A stretch of 63,582 nt of DNA, filler included, from Klebsormidium nitens (taxonomy: Eukaryota > Plantae > Klebsormidiophyceae): NCBI GenBank assembly GCA_000708835.1. It is 4 parts of 4 records of this genome, joined end to end, with 100 filler letters (N's around TTAATTAATTAA, not from the genome) between each part and the next. Parts side by side here need not be neighbours in the genome. Positions count along the whole stretch, not along the records: positions 23,986 to 47,568 come from DF237029.1; positions 47,669 to 58,446 come from DF238154.1; 2 more parts are not named here. One strand, written 5' to 3'. Under the pieces are notes generated by a model. That model saw only the letters and a list, made by a program, of their open reading frames with translations. It was not told the DNA's origin and searched no databases. Shown here in pieces: positions 37,809 through 55,500 of this stretch (the first letter of the stretch is position 1; each line of letters begins with the position of its first letter). A program made the translations under genes and the position numbers.

Positions 37809-40800
37809 ATGGCGCTGCTTCCGGCCAGTTCTCCGGACGAGCGGCTGCTGGCGAATCTGGACAGCAATGACGCGGACACGCCGTCGGACGCGCCCCAAAC
37901 GTCCGGCAAGAAGGGCGAAGAGTCTGTGATCACGCAATTCATGGGCAATGCAAAGGGTGCAGGGTCTACGAGCGTGGCGCAGATCCGCGCCAAGATGGGG
38001 GAACTAGCGGCGGCGGGGCAGGGCGACGGGGCCCAGTCGCGCATCTGGAAGTCGATACTGTGCTGCCTGCGGCCGCAGGGGGATGAGGAACTGAAGAAGG
38101 CAGGGCTGAAGAAGGAGGGCGCGGCGGAGACCAGGCCGGAACCGAGGCGGGTGATGCATCCAGTCCGGTGAGTGTTCAGAGGGTGGAGTGGATGCAAGAG
38201 ACTGATGAGGAGAGAAAGCAAGGGGTCATTTGACAAGGCAAGTATGGCAAAGATTACATAGAACAGAAGGGTTGGTCAATGTATTGGGTTTGCCCTGCCT
38301 TTGTTCAGATGCGTGAGTGGGCGGGCACATCTAGACTGACGGATGATGCGCATGTCTGGTACGGAGGGCAGAGGCCGGATGCCAAAAGGGTTTTCGATCC
38401 AGAGATTCTGGGGAATTGACGTCTCCAGAGGGATGTGTCTTTGATCAAAGGGCAAGGATTTGCGTGACCATATTGCAGAAAAGCATGGCAGATGAGGGTT
38501 TTGGGGTTGGAACCAAGCACGATGAAAGGGACAATGCTTCCCATTTTGGTGCAGCGATTGGATAGAGAAGCATCAGCACAGACTCTCCCATCAATATCAA
38601 CATCTGTTGGATCTGACGGCCCCATATCCTGCCACCCAAACCCCCTCAATCTGCAAAGGGTGCGCCAGACACCCAAGCGCAAAATTCTCACTGCATGCAA
38701 TTTCGCAGACAGGTTTTTGGGAACACGAAGAATTAGTCAGGAGGGATTACAATTGTGCCATGCAAATCCAAATTCACGCAGGATCTCCCATGGCCTATCA
38801 CTGCAGCAAGAACCCATTTGCATCTCCAGTTCCAAAACCCTTGTTGGCCATTGCAATGTAGAGAATCCTGGACTACTGGTACATGCAACACAGTAGGAGT
38901 CTAGCGTACAAAAGGAGGACCACGAAAAGCCTTGACTGGATTCTCCATATTCTCCTGCTGGCACACATTACACTTGACTCCGGATTGTGGTCTCAAATCA
39001 CGGCTAGCTTTTCCCTGCAAGCCTTTTTTCCGTCGCTTGCAAAAGATGCCCCCTGAAGTGCCAATTTATTTGGCAAGTTGATTCATCCGCTCTCCCCCTG
39101 CACACATCCTGCATAATTCACTCACTCACTTTTTCGACCATCCTGCGAAGCTTGGACCTTCTCTCTCACCACTCACCTTTGTCGTTCATCCACGGTAGCG
39201 CACGCCCGCAATCGTTTATCACTGCATCCAGCGACCGAAAACTTGTCCTACTCAGATCTCACCTGAACCTGCAATCTCCAAAAGCAGCCTGCCAGTGCTG
39301 CACGTGGTGCCGCAGAAAGACACCCTCAAGCCAATCCCCACGGATCGCCTCACGAAATTACATATTCCCCCCTGCTTATACATGACCCGATAAAGATAAC
39401 GAAGTTCCCCAACTCACGACCGCTCTCTTTATTCCGCGCAGGCGGCCGGTGCGGTGCGTGCTGCCGGCGGTGAGCAAGGCGGACGGCGGCAAGAAGTGCC
39501 TGGTGCTGGACCTGGACGAGACGCTGGTGCACAGCAGCTTCAAGCCGGTGGCCAACCCGGACTTCATCATCCCCGTCGAGATCGACAACCGCATCACCGA
39601 CGTGTACGTCCTCAAGCGGCCCTTCGTCGACGAGTTCCTGCAGGCCATGGGGCAGAAGTACGAGGTGAGGGGAACGGAAGGAAGCGGAAACGGAAACGGA
39701 AAAGGAAAAGAATGTTCTCTTTCAGGAGACCCAAAACGCGCGATAATGTCTACTTAGAGAGGGATGGATGAAAGCAGGGAGATGCGTGGCGAGAGAAGAA
39801 ACTGCAAGGAAGAGACCGGGAGAGTCAAAATGAAAATCGCTCTGCTGATGCTCGTCGTGGGAGTACTTCGTAGCTTCCGCAACGGTTTTGAAAGGTACTT
39901 TGACGCCTTTCAGTGCTCCACAGAGAACAAGCCGTACAAAATTAGCTGCGAGACCCGACGCGAGACCCCATCAGAACAATGCTCGGACTCGGAACATCCA
40001 CTGCAGGAGGCAAAGCAAACCTTGCTCTAAGCACGATACGAAAGCACTGATCTTGACGAATACGCACTTAGTGCAATTCGCGATGACGTCAGGCAGCACT
40101 CTCCCTCTTCAGGATCCCTTCAAGATACATTCTGGCGCCCGTTCGATTTCTCACTCCTCCCATGTATCTCCGGTGCAGGTGGTGGTGTTCACGGCCAGCC
40201 TGAGCAAGTACGCGGACCCTCTGCTCGACCTGCTGGACCCGCACCAGACCATCCGGCACCGCCTCTTCCGGGAGCACTGCTGCCCGTACGAGGGCAACTA
40301 CGTCAAGGTGCGCCACACCACCCCCTCTGACGTCAGCATGACGCGCGCGCCGCTCGCTCTCTCGGGCGGACGACGAGCAATCCCACTCCTTGCTCTTGGA
40401 ATCAGATTTTCAAGTTCTATATATAAGACTTCGTGGAAGAACAACGTTTCACACAGCGTGTGGGCGTTGGAATTTCCCCTCGAATTCCCACTTTTACACA
40501 TCATCTCCTCCCTGCTGACGTCATCCTGCGTGCACGTGGCAGGACCTGAGCGTGTTGGGCCGCGACTTGGCCTCCACGATCATCATCGACAACTCGCCCC
40601 ACAGCTACATCTTCCACCCGGAGAACGCGGTCGCCATCAGCACCTTCATCGACGAGCCGGAGGACTGCGTGAGTATTCTCGCGCCTCTAGTTGCTTCTCT
40701 TCGAATCTTATGATGGGCTAAGAGAGGAGCTTCGTGATGACTACATAACTTTGACAGCCAAAGGGGCCGGTTTTGAGACAAGGGAGGGCAGGCAACTGCG

Positions 40801-41239
40801 CTGTGAGGTCAAGAGCGGAGCGTCCAGAATGTAGATGAGGGATCGGAGTAGACCGCTTGAAAACCCATGGAGCTCTGCACAGACAAACGAGCTCCGTAGA
40901 AGCTTATCAACAGGTCAATTTCAGTGATAGAACCACCGCAATTTGAATGGACAGTGCTCGATAGCGCGCTGTGCCTTCGTGACCCAGAAGATTCACGTTC
41001 TGCACAAGTCGACTGTCCGGAAGAAGACTTTTCTGCCGACGCTTCTTTGGGTTCACTCTTTTCGGAAGAAGACGGATCGCGCAGACTCTGATGGGCTTTC
41101 TCCAACGGTTCCGATCTGAAGCCTCTTCTTCTCTAACCCTGGCTGCCTTCCTTCTCAGGAACTGATGGAGCTGATTCCCTACCTGAACGCGGTTGCTGAC
41201 GTCGACGACGTGCGACTAGTCCTCGCGGGCGCCCAGTAG
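37809..41239 (+). CDS. SCP1-like small CTD phosphatase (FCP1/NIF HAD family); 5 exons
   Basis: Exons 37809-38167, 39442-39664, 40179-40307, 40543-40668, 41159-41239. [12 protein letters not shown] (DxDxT), [33 protein letters not shown]. Confidence 0.93.
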
Positions 41240-43485
41240 GGGCACCGCCCAAAAGACGCTGGCGTGTTGCGAACAGGGGGGCGTATTGGCACCTGAATCC
41301 ACCCCACCGGAACGGAGGGGGGGTGTCGATATGATGTAGCGTCCGGGGGGCGGGCGTCTCAGTGGACGATGTGGTTGATAGCGGGTTTGATCTAAACCAG
41401 AGCGAGCTATGAACCACTGAGCGGGGTTGCCAACTGCTTTCATAACCAATAAAAACCGACGGACTGGGTTAAAAGGGGCGCGCTTATACATACAGATCAG
41501 AGCCGGGGGCGGGGGGATCCCCCGGCCGAGGCACACACACTGTACACAGTCAGACTGCTAGAGCACAGAGAGGATGATGCGGCGCATTTAGGCTAGGAGC
41601 GTAGGGCTAGGATGCAGAGTTGCTAGAGTAGATGCCATGAGGTAGATGCGGAGACGTTCTAGTTTGCTTTGCCTTTTGAGCTTACGACGCGAATGTTCCA
41701 ACTAGAGGTTCGCTTACAACGCGAATGTTCCAAGTAGCTGAGGTTCTTTCAATGGCACATTGCCTCTTGTCGAAACGACGACTCTGGATAAAAATAACTA
41801 AGCGCTCGAGGAGCGCCTTTCTGCCAATCAATCGGTCACATGAAACGGAGTGAACGGTGCAAATGGGATCTGACTTCAACGCCTATCATCACAGCCTGCT
41901 CTACGCGCCAAAATGACTTTTGACCCGCGAGGGCATACTACATGGCGCCGAGCACACAGTGAATCTTAATAGCGGATTTAAGCAGAAAAGTGCATCTGAA
42001 ATTTACTGCAGTCCCTGCGTTGGACGTACGTCGTGCATGTTCAGTTACCCTTTCATGACCTCCCCAACGTCATATCCGTTTCCCATGAGTTTAATGATCC
42101 AACTAAGCAACGAACCCACACCATGGTAAAGTCGCCCCATTCCCACACAAGGTCGATGCAACCCTTGGGCAGGCTCGAGGCTTTGCTCAACCGCTTGTCT
42201 CGTAAGAACCTGCGATGAGAAAAGCAATCTGCAGAATGCTGTTTCCTTCTCGTCCCTTTGCCTCGGCTTCCAGCACGTTTCCCTCATGCTTGTTCATGAT
42301 TGCTCGCGGGCGCAGCTTCGCAGCCAAGTACCTACAACTCTTAAAGTGGGTCATTCAGCTTTCCGCAGTCCATCGGGTCATCATTTGAAACGTTTTCTCC
42401 TCATCATATCCATATATATAAGACGTTGACCTCGCACATCATCATAGCTGAATAGTAGCTCTCTTCAAATCGTATTACAAACAAAGGAAATTGGGGAAGA
42501 AACAGTGTGATTGATTGAGCCGTCAAACTAGAGCCATCGCAAGGCATAAACCTTTGAGCCTGCCCAGAAAGCTCGTTGATCATTCTCGTGGTTGTCGTTC
42601 ATGTGCTTCAAATCTGTCAGGAGTATCTCTTTCTTCTGTGGTAAGATTGCTTTACCATGTTGCTTTACTATGATTCTTAGTGGTTGATTATTAAAGCGGC
42701 CGGCAATACCAGAGTCACTCCCACGTATGAGTCTTGATCATCTGGCGCGTCTTCGAAGCATCTGAAGCTGGTTCAATGCAATATCTAGTGTTTTAATGCT
42801 TCAGTGGAAGTTCGTACGCGTACGGGCCAATTAAATGTCCCGGCTCCTCCGACCCGAAACTCAGATATGCACTATAGCGGTAGACGGCTCAGCATTTGGA
42901 CATATGGGCGAATGAAGTTCCACGTAGCTACCACAGCTACCTCAGCACGATTGCAACTTTGTGTTGCTGCGTGCTGGCGCATGCCTGGAGGCGAATGTTC
43001 AATGACGGCCTGCTTTCTCTCGAAACCATATTCGGCCGTCGATTGTACAATGTATAGATCGAGGGCTCAAGAACAATCTGGCACATCCAACCGTCCGATC
43101 GACCGTCCTCATCTGCTGAAGATCTGTCATGCCTACATAGACATGGACCCGCTCTAGTTCTATGATATGAGGCTGTCTCTTCCCCGGCGGGTTGCAGGCA
43201 GGAGGATCCCCATGGTGGACGCCTTCTTTCTCTCCTTGAAGCTGAAGCTCAAAGGCGTGGTCAACCTTGCATGAGGGGGACGTTTGTGGGAGTTCTGACG
43301 TTAGTGAGGGGTTCAGCAAGCTTCTCGTCTGCCATCTTCAGCCCTGCAGCATTGCTGGTTGCTGTTTGAGCTGTTTGAGCCGTTTTGCGAACCAGATTCA
43401 GGCCGGTACCAATGAGATGGTGACTTGAGAGATTCTGAGCACATGCGAGTGTCATTCTAGGGTTGGAAAGCGGGCCAGAGACACC

Positions 43486-47568
<4,083 letters not shown>

Positions 47569-47668
47569 NNNNNNNNNNNNNNNNNNNNNNNNNNNNNNNN
47601 NNNNNNNNNNNNTTAATTAATTAANNNNNNNNNNNNNNNNNNNNNNNNNNNNNNNNNNNNNNNNNNNN

Positions 47669-48317
47669 GGAGCGGAGCGGATTGCGAAGGTGAAGGCGCA
47701 GTTGGCGGAGAAGTTCGACGTGCGCGATCTGGGGGAGGCGACGTACTTCCTCGGGATGGAGCTGACGCGCGATAGGGAGGCGCGCACCCTGAAGCTGACG
47801 CAGAAGAAGCTGACGGGGGAGCTGGTCGGCCGTTACGGACTGGCGGACGCGCGAGCGCGTAGTGTTCCTCTTGGAACGGGGGACAAGTTAACGAAGGAGG
47901 GTGAGCCCCTCGACACGAGCGGTTCCCAACGAGTGTGTGGGAAGCCTGCTGTACCTGAGCGTGTGCACGAGGCCCAACATTGCACAGGCGGTGGGCGCGC
48001 TTGCGCGCTACATGGCGGGGCCAACGGAGGCACATTGGCGGGCGGCGCTTGGAGTTGTGCGCTACATGACGGGGACGGCAGAGGACGGGGTGACCTTCAG
48101 GGGGAGCGATCGTCGATTACTGTAACACGGATTACGCGGGAGACGTGGACACGAGAGAATACACGACGGGGTACGTCTTCCTGATCTACGGGGGGGGCAG
48201 TGAGCTGGTCGAGCAGGCTGCAGCCAACGGTGACGGCCTGGACAGTACGAGCGGAGTACATGAGCGCAGCGCAAGCGGTGAAGGAGGCGCTGTGGTTTCG
48301 CAAGCTCGAGGGAGATC
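47669..48317 (+). mobile_element. Ty1/copia RT-RNase H fragment (frameshifted)
   Basis: FDVRDLGEATYFLGMEL, VGSLLYLSVCTRPNIAQAV, EYMSAA...ALWFRKL; flanked by gaps. Confidence 0.9.
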
Positions 48318-48610
48318 NNNNNNNNNNNNNNNNNNNNNNNNNNNNNNNNNNNNNNNNNNNNNNNNNNNNNNNNNNNNNNNNNNNNNNNNNNNNNNNNNNN
48401 NNNNNNNNNNNNNNNNNNNNNNNNNNNNNNNNNNNNNNNNNNNNNNNNNNNNNNNNNNNNNNNNNNNNNNNNNNNNNNNNNNNNNNNNNNNNNNNNNNNN
48501 NNNNNNNNNNNNNNNNNNNNNNNNNNNNNNNNNNNNNNNNNNNNNNNNNNNNNNNNNNNNNNNNNNNNNNNNNNNNNNNNNNNNNNNNNNNNNNNNNNNN
48601 NNNNNNNNNN

Positions 48611-48704
48611 AGACCTAGAGATAGGCCGTGACTTGGAACACTCCATATACATTGTGTGAACTTGATTGATTGAATATCACTTCCAACAACGCTGTGTTTC
48701 AACA
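48611..48704 (+). repeat. 3' part of a copia LTR ending TTTCAACA
   Basis: Near-identical to the last ~95 nt of the LTR at 49364-49705. Confidence 0.85.
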
Positions 48705-49705
48705 GAGTGTGTGGGAAGCCTGCTGTACCTGAGCGTGTGCACGAGGCCCAACATTGCACAGGCGGTGGGTGCGCTTGCGCGCTACATGGCGGGGCCAACG
48801 GAGGCACATTGGCGGGCGGCGCTTGGAGTTGTGCGCTACATGACGGGGACGGCAGAGGACGGGGTGACCAAGTTCAAGGGGAGCGATCGTCGGTTACTGT
48901 GACACAGATTACGCGGGAGACGTGGACACGAGACAATACACGACGGGGTACGTCTTCCTGATGTACGGGGGGGGCGGTGAGCTGGTCGAGCAGCCTGCAG
49001 CCAACGGTGGCGGTCTCACAGTAGAGGCGGAGTACTTGAGCGCAGCGCAACCGGAGAAGGAGGCGTTGTGGTTTCGCAAGCTTGGGGGAGATCTCGGGTT
49101 GGATGTCGGCACAATCCAGATCTACTGCGACAACCAAGGAGCAATTCGGCTCTTGAAGCACTCGATCGCTTTGCAGCGGTCGAAGCACGTTGACGTGATT
49201 CATCACTTTGCACGGGAGCGCGTGGCACGCAAGGAGGTCGCGTTCGCGTACTGCAGGACGGAGGACATGAAGGCGGACATCATGACCAAAGCGCTGGCAC
49301 CGGGGAAGTTGAAGAAGTGCAAGAGCCTGATAGGAGTCATATAGTCATTGGTGTGTGGGGGAGTGTTGAGAAACGGGGCATTTAGGGACCGAATCTCTGG
49401 GTGATCCTAGGATTGTAGGATTACGACGTCGACGATAATTCGACGGTGTCTTGTAGTTACGGTTAACGGTTGAACGCGCGCGATTACAGCGTTACATCCG
49501 AATGACTTGTCGATTTTGTGTAGGTTCGATGATAGCCGTCGATGTACGATATAGAGTGAAATTTTCGGACTTACGAGGTGACGGTCCACTGAGCCTACTA
49601 GGCTAGGGTGTAGACCTAGAGATAGGCCGTGACTTGGAACACTCCATATACATTGTGTGAAATTGATTGATTGAATATCACTTTCAACAACGCTGTGTTT
49701 CAACA
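48705..49705 (+). mobile_element. Ty1/copia RT end, RNase H, polypurine tract and 3' LTR
   Basis: IYCDNQGAI...RSKHVDVIHHF...MKADIMTKAL; purine tract gggggag just before the LTR TGTTGAG...TTTCAACA (49364-49705). Confidence 0.9.
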
Positions 49706-50100
49706 GAGGGAGTAAATGAGTCGGGATTAGCGTTGAAGAAGGCGTCGTGGTTTCGCAAATTGGGGAGAGACTTGGGGTTGGGCTTCGAAACGGTCAAAAT
49801 CGATTGCGGCAATCAAGGGGCATTACGGCTTCTTACTCATCCAATCGCTTTGCAGCAATCGAATTACATCGAAGTGATCCATCACCTTGCGCGGAAGTGG
49901 GTGTCGCAGGAGGAGTTTGTATTTGTTTGAGTTACACTGGCGGAGGACCTGAAGGAGGATATTTTACCAAGGCGTTGGCACCCGAAGATTTTGCAGAGTG
50001 CATATAAAGAGATGGGGATCGCGTAGGGTACATAATGCGTCAGGGAGTGCTGAATATACTTGGAAATCTTGGCTAATTATGCCCCGTTATCCTACGTGGA
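49706..50100 (+). mobile_element. Older copia RNase H remnant with purine tract and LTR start
   Basis: WFRKLGRDLGL...DCGNQGAL...DIL(T)KAL, then cagggag followed by TGCTGAATA at ~50048. Confidence 0.7.
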
Positions 50101-51464
50101 TTCGTAGCCGTTCGGTTCGCAGTTAAGGTCCGCTTTCGACGGTACAATTCGCGAGTTTGAAAACCAGGTTTAAAGCCAATATCGACACTCGGCTGCGCTT
50201 TGAGGTGGGTCCGAATTGGTTCGAATTGAACCAATTTAGATGAGCGTTAGAACAGAGTATCAATGTTTGGCATGGAATCGTCCGGATTTTGAGTGCCAAC
50301 CGAAGTGAGTCAACCGTTTAAAAGGATGTCGAGAGTTCTCAAAGAAATTTGTGCAAAGTGTGCCGAAGCGTTATTGGGGTGGAATAATTTCGGTACACTG
50401 TGGTCGGAACCCTAATAAAGTCATTCTGACGTCAGTCCTCGGCTCTAAAATTATTGCACTACCATACCAATGGGCCATCCTTATGCAGCATATAGATACT
50501 TGTCAAGTTACTTTTTCCTGAGCGATCCATTTTCAAAACCTCAAATTGTTTCCTATCACTAATAGTCCAGCACGTTGATTACGCGCTCAGTTATCAGTTT
50601 AGGAAATCTTGGGTGCGTAGTAGCTACTACACAAGCCACCTAGGGTGCAAAACCGGCTGTTACGGTTCACTGTCGAACCGGTCAGTACTCGTCAGAGTAC
50701 CGTTGGTACCGGTGACGCGGTTCACGTCGATTGTTGGGCATCCGTGTCACGGCCCTTGACCGATCGATCGCGGCAAAGTGACCGTGTGTCCACACTTTTG
50801 ATTTCAGTGTCAGCTACGCAAGCACTTGGTCACATTTTACACTTTAAAACCCGAAAATGAGCAAGGCACCTAGGAACACATATCTTACTCAATTCTTGAC
50901 CGATACACATGCTCTAAAATGCTGGACCATCTACTAAAACACAACAAGGATATATGCAAAAGAGATCATAGCAGAATAATGAGCTGAAAGTTCTTTATGC
51001 TCAAAGTTTGAACTTGAGGAATGGCGGCGGAGACAATCAAAGCGCGACACTCTGTAAGCTCCTCATGGTCGGTTGTTATTTGAGTCGCGGTTTATGGTCT
51101 AGAACGGTACTCAATATGTAGGTACCGCAATGTGCAGTGTGCACTGCACTGAGTCTGTACCGCACCCGGGCCGTATGGTGGACATTTCAATTTGTGTGTT
51201 GCCATCGGATCGTGAATAAGTTTGACATTCACCGTAGGATCTCCGCAAAACGACTATTGTCTATCATTGAGGTTGATGTCAACAGCCACGCGCCGCACGT
51301 TTCCATGTCGGATCCGTACGGTCAAATGGAGTGTTGGGTACATGGTAGAAAATGCGATTCAACCTAGGCGCTGAACTATTTTTAGTGCATCGATCAAAGA
51401 CCCATGAATAGATATAATCTCATCTACCGGGCACAGGTGTAGAATCCATTCAAGAGCGCCGGCT

Positions 51465-54400
51465 TTAGAATCGCAGGTCTGGTTCCAAAGAAATCGTAGG
51501 CTCCGTTGGCACGCCAATATTACCTACGCGACCACGACGGTCTGACAAATCCGTGACCAGTGTGTCACGGGCCTGAATGCCCCATAGGTGCCTTGTGTAG
51601 GTATTCGTCGGTAGGTCACCCCGTTTTTTGGCGTCCTTGCCGGGTAGCACCACTACAAGCGCCGCCCACCAGTGCGCCTCCGTCGGCCCCGCCATGTACC
51701 GGGCAAGCGCGACCACAGACCGCCTGTACGATGTCAAGCTTGGTGCACATCACTCAGTATAATAGGCTTCCCACACACTCGCTGTACGGAAACCGCTTTG
51801 TGTCAAGGAGAATTTACCGTTCCAAGTTAAGTTGTCTTCCGTTCCAAGAGGAACGCTATGCGCCCACGCGTCCGCCAGTCCGTAACTTCCGACCAGCTCC
51901 CCCTTCAGGACTTTTTGCGTCAACTTCAGGATGCGCGGCTTTCTGTCGCGCTTCAACTCATCTCGAGAAAGTACGTCGCCTCCCTAAAATTGCGCACGTC
52001 AAATGTCTCCGCCAAGGGCACCTTCACCTTCGCAATGCGTTCCGTTCTTTGAGCTTCTAAGAAGATGTCGTCCACCCAACCACGAGATAGACCCGCTCAT
52101 TCGCTATGATCGAGGTGAAAAGCGCTGCGTCCGCCATGGACGGCACGAACTCAAAGATCCCGAGCTCCTCTTTCAAGCGCATGTGCCATGCACGCGGCGC
52201 CTAGCGCAACCTGTACAAGGCGCGCTTGAGGCGGCAGACCACCTCGGGCCCGCCCTGCTCGTATTCCTGCGGCTGCTGCATGTAGATTTCCTTATCCAAC
52301 TCCCCTTTAAGGAACGCAGTCTTGACGTCAAGCTATTGCAGCTCCACATCGCGCTTCGCGACCACCGCCAGCTGCGCACGCAACGTCGTTTGCTTGCTCA
52401 CCGGGGCGTAGAACTCGTAGAAGTTAGTCCGCGGCTTCTACAGATAACCTATGGCCACCAGCCGGGACTTGTACCGCTCCACCTTCCATGAGGGTCCCGC
52501 TTGATCTTGTAAACCCACTTTACGGGACACGGCTTGACCCCCTTCCGATTCTTCGACGATCTCCCACGTCCCGTTCTTCAACAGGATATGCATCTCCTCG
52601 TCCACGGACTTCCGTTCAATGTCACTCTATTCCCCCCCTAAGGCTTCCTGCTAGCTCTGCGTGTTTCCGAATGCTCCTTCGTCCCTTTGGGGTGCTCCTC
52701 TGCTTAGCGTCCGCCGCCAGGTTGGCCGGGTGCCACTCCCTCGATGCCCGCCTAGCGCGGGTGGGGTCCTGTGGGCAACCGGTGGTTGAATCCCTAGGTC
52801 CACCACTATCTCTCCTGGCGCCGCCTTAGCTTGGCGCTCAAGATCCGAAACCTCCCCAAATTGGCCGGTTTTTGGATCTGGCGGACTAACCCGCAACGGA
52901 GGGTCCTTGCGCGGCATATCCGATAAAGGCCCCTTTTTAACCACCACCGGATCTTGTGCGCCACCCTCCGCAGTGGGCGAATTCTCCTTGATGTCGGAGT
53001 AAGCTCGACAACCCCTTCTTCGTTCGCTCCCTCGTCAAAAATGACGTCCCGGCGAATGATAGCTTTCCATCGCTTCTCCCGAATTACTCGGTACACTTTG
53101 AAGCCCGGCTCATACCCCACGAATACTCCTCGTTTGTTGAACGGGTCCAATTCCGTCTTCGTTGCTTTGCAAACCCCGGGGCGCAAAACACCCGCATGCC
53201 GCTTTCGGCATCTTGCCGAAGAACGCCTCCCAAGGGGTTGATTCCGTGCGCTCTTATAGGGCTCCGGAAGTTCCACTGTCACTACGGCCTCCGCCCACAA
53301 TTGTTTAGGCAGCTCGAGTCCTCGAGCATCCGATGATCGCCCAGAGTTTCTTCTCTACGTGCCGATTCAGCCGCTCTGCCGACCCGTTTTGCTCGGCTGT
53401 GTAGGGGGTTGTCTTCTCGTGCACCGTCCTCTTGCCCCCGAAGACGTACTTGAGGACTTTGTTGACGTACTGCTTCTCCCAATGCGTCCGCACCGACTTG
53501 AGTTTCTTGTTCAATTGCAACTCTAACCGGTTGATAACGTGCTCTGTCACCTTGGCCACATCGCTCTTCTGCTTCATGGAGACTACAACCGAGAGCTTGT
53601 TGTAGCCGTCAAGAAACGTGGCAAAGTACTGCCCCCCATGGAAGGCACCGGCATCGACCTGCCGACGTCCATATGGACTAGCTCAAGAGGCTCCGAGCTC
53701 AACGACTCCGAGTCCGGTAACGGTTGTTGCGTTTGCTTTCCCATGATGAAGGGCTCACACACCAAACTTTTGAGCACCTTGAACGCACTCGGCTTCACAT
53801 CCACACCGTCAACGACGTTCCCTTGCACCATCTTTGCCGGGTCCCCATACGCGGCGTGTCCCATCCGACGGTGCCATAGCTCGCTGTCTCCGGCTTCCTC
53901 ACGGAGAAACACTTGTCCGTCTTTGCCTTGTCAACCACGTAGATTTGCTTTATTTCTTTTTGAAGGTTTCCCAACGCTCTTCGCTCCGGTTTGAACTCCC
54001 GCCTATTTGGCTTGAGCACTGCACTTCCAGGCATATGACCCAACTTTCCACAATTGTAGCACGTAGGCCCCTTGCTCCGGTTTTCATCCTTGCCGTGGCC
54101 TTCTCCTTGTTCCCTTTCCGCTGAGCTGCATAAGCCACAACGGAGTCCGAGCCACCACCGCCCTCATCCTTGGGCAGGTAATATCTTTGGTCATGGACCA
54201 TGAGCTTGGGGCAGAATCTCGATTCTTCCCGAGCTCAACGCCCTCTCTGGAGCCTCTAGGATTGTTCTCAAGGTATTGCATGAGGTCGACAGCCCCGCGA
54301 GCACGCTCCAAGGTAATTCTTCCGGCTTCAATTGAAAAATGATAACTGTCAAGTCCTGACACAAATCGTTTGCCCGAGCCACGTACATGGTCACGGGCTC

Positions 54401-55500
54401 ATCCGACTTTACATAATTTTGGAAATGCAACTCTTGCCTGAGCTGCAACTTCCTTGCACTGGATTCTTTTGTAGGTCGTCTTAAGGAGATCCCAAGCCTC
54501 CTTTGCGGTCTTGCACGCCTCAACGATTTGTTGTAAGTACGAGTGTAGTTCAGTTGGTAGCGCGCTTGGTTGAAGTACGGGACTTGTGACGTCGGCGTGA
54601 CGTCAGCAGGGTCCGTACTTACAACAAATCGTTGCTACATGCTGGTCCTCAACGTTTAGCCCGATGATGGACAACCCTTTTGTTGATTGCGATGCGTGCC
54701 CCTTGGGATCCCTCACTGCGACGCATAGTTCCTTGGACGTCAACAAGAATTTGATCCTGCAACTCCATTTGCTGTGGTTGTCTATACCAAGCTTCTCTAT
54801 GTGGACTTTAAACTCGTCAGCAATTTTAGGATTTGCTTTCCCTTTCTCTCTTTTACAGGACCAAAGGTGGTAACTTTTCTTTTAGGCTTTTCATGCCACT
54901 TGATCCTGCATTCAAAATTCACTTGGCTCAAAGAGCACCCGTCATGAAGCAGACAGCCCCCACCGATGCCTTTATTGACAAGAGAGAAGAAAAGGCTGAT
55001 TTCTACCTCATTGTGCCGCTTCTTCCCAGGACGGAACGTGGTTTCCTGCCTTGCCGAACTCACGTGTTGCCTATTCAATGGCTAGAGTGAAAGAAACCGC
55101 TTCTGTGCCAACGTAGTCGCGACACAGAGCTTTCTTGGCCGATCCTTCCTCCCTAGCGCCGTGGGCAATTAACCTGTTGAAACACAGCTTTGTTGGATAT
55201 GGTGTTGAATCAATCAAGTTCACACAATGTATATAGAGTGTTCCGATTCATGGCCTATGTTTAGATGTACACTACTAGCCTAGTAGGCTCAGTAGAGCGT
55301 CACTACTAACTTTGAAATTTCACTCTATACCGCATACCGACGGCTGTTATCGAACCTCTTTCCGATCAACGGTTATCGCAAGAAGTCATTCGGATGTTCC
55401 CATAGGCCATAACTCCAGATTACCGTCGAACAACAATCGACGTTTCCGGAGCCCAATCAATATCCAATCAGCGCTTCTCTATTTCAAGTATTGGATTCCA
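51465..55500 (-). mobile_element. Degenerate Ty1/copia element (5' LTR, PBS, gag, integrase, RT; 3' end missing)
   Basis: LTR from 55175 rightwards is homologous to the 49364-49705 LTR. PBS-like GGTTAATTGCCCAC at ~55161-55174. gag IEKLGIDNHSKWS...GLNVEDQH and AKEAW...SSARKLQL; LWHRRMGH; LELVHMDV; WAEAV; GVFVGY; RRDVIFDE; RT fragments. Many stops and frameshifts. Right boundary approximate. Confidence 0.85.
54521..54634. repeat. Fold-back with perfect 21-bp inverted repeats inside the copia gag
   Basis: caacgatttgttgtaagtacg (54521-54541) is the exact reverse complement of 54614-54634. Confidence 0.8.

Noticed and set aside
50639-50874. hAT-like termini CCTAGGGTGC...GCACCTAGG
   Set aside because: The inverted repeat is short and imperfect and there is no 8-bp target duplication.
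54540-54575. tRNA 5'-half-like string GAGTGTAGTTCAGTTGGTAGCGCGCTTGG
   Set aside because: The D-stem does not pair, and there is no anticodon arm, T-arm or acceptor partner. It lies inside a transposon fold-back.
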